This document shows positions 34,587 through 39,019 of a stretch of 39,019 nucleotides of DNA, piece after piece (position 1 is the stretch's first letter; every line of letters starts with the position of its first letter). The notes under the pieces are model-generated. The model was not told the DNA's origin. It did not search any database and saw only the letters and a program-made list of their open reading frames with translations. Made by a program: the position numbers and the translations under genes. The DNA comes from Octopus bimaculoides (taxonomy: Eukaryota): contig NC_069000.1 of NCBI RefSeq assembly GCF_001194135.2, positions 45,497,380 through 45,536,398 of the forward strand, in the 5' to 3' direction.

Positions 34587-34667
34587 TTGTAAATGTATAT
34601 ATATGTATATATCTTCCAGCTAGTAAATATATCTCCGTCCCCACTAGTATTTATGTATACCCTCTAG

Positions 34668-34695
<28 letters not shown>
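34405..34695. repeat. Compound TA/TATG microsatellite
   Basis: Direct reading of the sequence. Confidence 0.95.
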
Positions 34696-34699
<4 letters not shown>

Positions 34700-35120
34700 T
34701 GCCCCTTTTCCATGCAGTTATAGTTTTACATAAACATATAAGGCCCCGTAACAGATGTCTTACAGATGTCCTAACAACGAGATAAAACAGTATCACTGTT
34801 CAATCGTTTACATTATTGCAAAGAAACTATCTCATTGCAAACAGATGGATCTAAAGGAAAAATAGATTATTCTCGATAGATTTGTCAACATGAGAAGCAT
34901 GTATATATATTTCAATGCGCCGAATAATTCCATATATTTTTACTCTTTCCAGATGTCTAGACAGTCATAAGACGTTCGTCTTAAAGTCAGCGATTGAACG
35001 TCATAAGTTTATAATCTTTCTATTCCAAGTTCGTCTTTCCATTAATACATCTAGTCATGCAGGTCAATTGTGTCTAAGAATTAAGCCGATATAATTAATT
35101 AATACAAACAAGAACACATA

Positions 35121-35502
35121 GGTGCAGGCCTGGCTGTGTGGCAAGAAGCTTGCTTCCCAACCACATGATTCCGAGTTCAGCCCCACTGCGTGGCACCTCG
35201 GGCAAATGTTTTTTGCTATAGCTTCGGGCCGGCCAAAGCCTTGTGAGGGGATTCGGTAGACGGAAACTGAAAGAAGCCCGTCATATATATAAGTATATAT
35301 TTGTGTGTCTGCGTTTGTCCTCCCCCACCATAGCTTGACAACCGATGTTGGTGTGTTTATGTCCCCATAACATAGCGGTTGAGCAAAAGAATCCGATAGA
35401 ATAAGTACTAGGCTTACAAAGAATAAGTGCTGGGGTCGATTTGTTCGACTAAAGGCGGTGCCCCAGCATGGTCGCAGTCAAATGACTGAAACAAGTAAAA
35501 GA
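35121..35502 (+). mobile_element. Full-length SINE family A with short internal microsatellite
   Basis: Colinear with 9164-9590; internal tract only ~20 nt. Confidence 0.95.
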
Positions 35503-35835
35503 AAGTAATAACGAATTGATTGTAATTTATATTTGATGCATCGGTGAAAGAGCGTGGTTTAGTAGTTTGGGTTGTGACACACGGGAGAAGCAAGAGGGCT
35601 AAAGAAATTTTAGCGATAACTATTACGTCTTTTAAAAAGGCGTTCTACTCATGCCCATCGCATCTTTTTAGCTCTCTGCCAGTCCAAAGTATTTTCATAA
35701 GTTTGTCTTGAAACGTCAATGTTTGTTTTCAGATTCTTAGTTCGCCCTTGTTTCGTATGTTCTGAGGAATACAAACCTTTCCTTTCATAAGTTCCAAGTT
35801 ACTCTGTTGGCTGAAAAAAAAGGCTATGAGTATCA

Positions 35836-36089
<254 letters not shown>

Positions 36090-36269
36090 TTATGTAGAAG
36101 ACAGGAGTTTCACAAATCAGAGTGTTTCCTATATTCATTAATAACCTGGAAGAGGTAAAGTCGTCTCCATCAGACAACCAGAAAGAAGCGGTTTGACAAG
36201 ACTGACAACTTCTCTTCCTTTACCTGAATCCGTTTGCACTCTAAGCAGCAACACAACTAGCCACACCAT

Positions 36270-36270
36270 T

Positions 36271-36323
<53 letters not shown>

Positions 36324-36335
36324 AGACAACAACAA
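36270..36335. repeat. (AAC)n microsatellite
   Basis: Direct reading; another (AAC)n lies at ~33520-33548. Confidence 0.97.
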
Positions 36336-36811
36336 CGGCAGCAAAAAGACAAACAAACTAATATAATAAATTTCCTAAGGTGTTGTTTTCTTTCTTTGAG
36401 GTTGTTTGAAGCGGAAGCTTGTTGTTACAAAGAGGAGGTAATTCAAGCCATTTGTTAGATCTGACATCACAAGGTCACGCGGAATTGACACCGTCGTTTG
36501 AACCCTTGAACAGAAGAGGATAAGGGGCGAGAGTGTGCAGTGAATGTGGGTGAGGTTATAATGTGGTGTAGGATAGACAGCGAGAAGGGACGTTCTTTCA
36601 TACTGTGTGTGTGTGTGTCTGTATATGTACCTTTGAATGGTACTTTCTCTCCAGCTATCACCTACTTATTATTAAGATGTTTATACTAATGTGTTTGTAC
36701 GTCTATTTACCTAAGGGTGCGTGTGCGGATCTCTCTACCTATTTATTTACATGAATGTGTAGAGGCAGATAGATAGATAGATAGATATAATATATCTAAA
36801 TATACGTGCAT

Positions 36812-36844
<33 letters not shown>

Positions 36845-37239
36845 NNNNNNNNNNNNNNNNNNNNNNNNNNNNNNNNNNNNNNNNNNNNNNNNNNNNNNNN
36901 NNNNNNNNNNNNNNNNNNNNNNNNNNNNNNNNNNNNNNNNNNNNNNNNNNNNNNNNNNNNNNNNNNNNNNNNNNNNNNNNNNNNNNNNNNNNNNNNNNNN
37001 NNNNNNNNNNNNNNNNNNNNNNNNNNNNNNNNNNNNNNNNNNNNNNNNNNNNNNNNNNNNNNNNNNNNNNNNNNNNNNNNNNNNNNNNNNNNNNNNNNNN
37101 NNNNNNNNNNNNNNNNNNNNNNNNNNNNNNNNNNNNNNNNNNNNNNNNNNNNNNNNNNNNNNNNNNNNNNNNNNNNNNNNNNNNNNNNNNNNNNNNNNNN
37201 NNNNNNNNNNNNNNNNNNNNNNNNNNNNNNNNNNNNNNN

Positions 37240-37322
<83 letters not shown>

Positions 37323-38534
37323 GAAACGACAGGAACTGTGATTTCAATGTTCTCAGGAGCCGGTTTAATGGTTCAGAAGTCTGCAATCCCGTAACCGTGT
37401 TCCTGTTCTAAATTTAAGAGAACTCGCCCGATGATATTTGCTGGGTGGAGTAGGGAAGAGCTGGCTCATGAGATCAAATGGTGCAACTGGACATACAGCG
37501 GTCACAATCAGAATAAGTATAACAAATGAAATAAGGAAATATTTCTGTACTACAATACTTCAAGCGAACTACAGCGCTCTTCAGTGTATAACAACTTGAG
37601 GTTGAGTGCAGTACTTATACTCTAGCTCACGTTATCCGATCACAAATTCCGTCATTATGCCATAACAAACCCACAAAACATTGAACTAAGCAGTTAACAA
37701 TTCACAAACATCTGCTCCACTTTCATCGAAAGGGGGTCATTTATTCGTCTTTAAATGAAAGTACATTCAGCAAAGCCATGAAATTACTACGAGATGTTGG
37801 CAATCGAGCGCAAGGCCCTTGTAAATCGTACAGGGAAAAGATGAGTAGTATGTTACAACCCCCACTTCCTATACAGCTTCTACTTAAAAACCAGCAGTGC
37901 AAAATATATCTTGTGTCATTAGGAAACACTCTGCGAGTGGTAAGATTCCAGCAGTTGTTTAACAAAGCAAACGTAAAGGTTAGCTAGCTTCAGCTGTATG
38001 AGAAATGTATTTAGTATCATAAAAAGCCAATATGCAAATATTCTGTGAGAACAGCAACAAGGTCACGACAAAGGAAGGCATACAATTTCCACAGTATAAA
38101 AACCTGTCCTCTGAAAGGTAAATGCCTAGAAAGAGGAGTAAACCGAGGAGTAAACCCTGCCTAAAATTCGGCATCAGTAGATAAATTTACCCTTTCCAAT
38201 TGTTTCTCGTTTCTTGTTTCTAGTCACATAAGAAAGTAAGACCATTTCGCCCATTCCACCGCGATTTTCTCATATACGTTTGACACAACGTGCATAAAGT
38301 GGGGCATCATCACACATCTATCTGCTATTAGGCTTCTTTTCAAGTGAAAGCTGAAGAAGTTGACGAAGAAGGTTTGATCAAAAGGGGAAACCTTTATCGT
38401 CAATCACAGTTTCCCAAGTCAAAGCAACCACGCATAGGAAGATCAGACATGTGAAAGGAAAACTGACACGCGATCTTAACGGCAGACTCGGCTGATCGCC
38501 AGATTCGTCTTAAACGTGATAGCACCGATAATAG

Positions 38535-38572
<38 letters not shown>

Positions 38573-39019
38573 ACTCAAAACAAAGAAAACTAACAACAAC
38601 GAACGAAAGTTTGGAACGTTTACCTGTGTAGGTAATACTTCGGATAAAGTTTCTCCTCATTTAAGTAACTTATTCCTACCTTTATCAGTATACTGTCGAC
38701 TGGAGACCATGTATAAACACAGTAGCAGAGTACAAACGGAAAACAGCAACAAAATATACCAGACAGATGCAGTCAGAATACCTGTAGACAACACAAACTA
38801 GTACAAACAAAAATTCATATCAGTTGACCCAAGGTTGAAACGGTAGTGTGCACTTTGTGTGCGATGCATAAAAAGTACGAAAGTAAGGCGTAGGAAATAC
38901 CAATTAGCCCAAAACGTATGCACCGTTATTTGATAAAAACTGTTGACTAACTAAATAAAGGCCTGCGATTTACTCATCAAAGAAAACACACACACACACA
39001 CACACACAAGTATGTATAT

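Noticed and set aside
37320-38200. Unique-looking ~900 bp with 64-74-aa ORFs, considered as a LINE or exon remnant
   Set aside because: No endonuclease, RT or host-protein motif found in the frames inspected; left unassigned.

Overview
Eukaryotic, AT-rich, microsatellite-saturated non-coding DNA. It is very probably an octopus short-read scaffold; this is an inference from recalled octopus SINE families and the extreme (TA)n/(TG)n density. It has 13 N-gaps (~4.9 kb), nearly all abutting simple repeats. No host gene, tRNA, rRNA or CRISPR array is supported; almost all ORF-track entries are translated microsatellites or gaps. Supported content: (1) three tRNA-derived SINE families, labelled A, B and C here (A carries an internal microsatellite, B has interchangeable tails, C has a CORE-like domain); (2) an RTE-clade LINE 3' fragment; (3) a frameshifted hAT (Charlie/Buster-like) transposase fossil, only partly visible in the ORF track and interrupted by a TA-flanked MITE; (4) an hAT-type MITE; (5) an internally deleted mariner. 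Most unusual unexplained structures: a perfect 42-bp-arm hairpin (3623-3719), a highly diverged but length-conserved 46-bp G-rich tandem array (15381-16110), and a compact multi-hairpin GC-rich island (11820-12000). Smaller items are two decayed hammerhead-like motifs, several splice-flanked candidate exons and a short prohormone-like reading frame, all speculative. I cannot claim a new biological system from this window alone.
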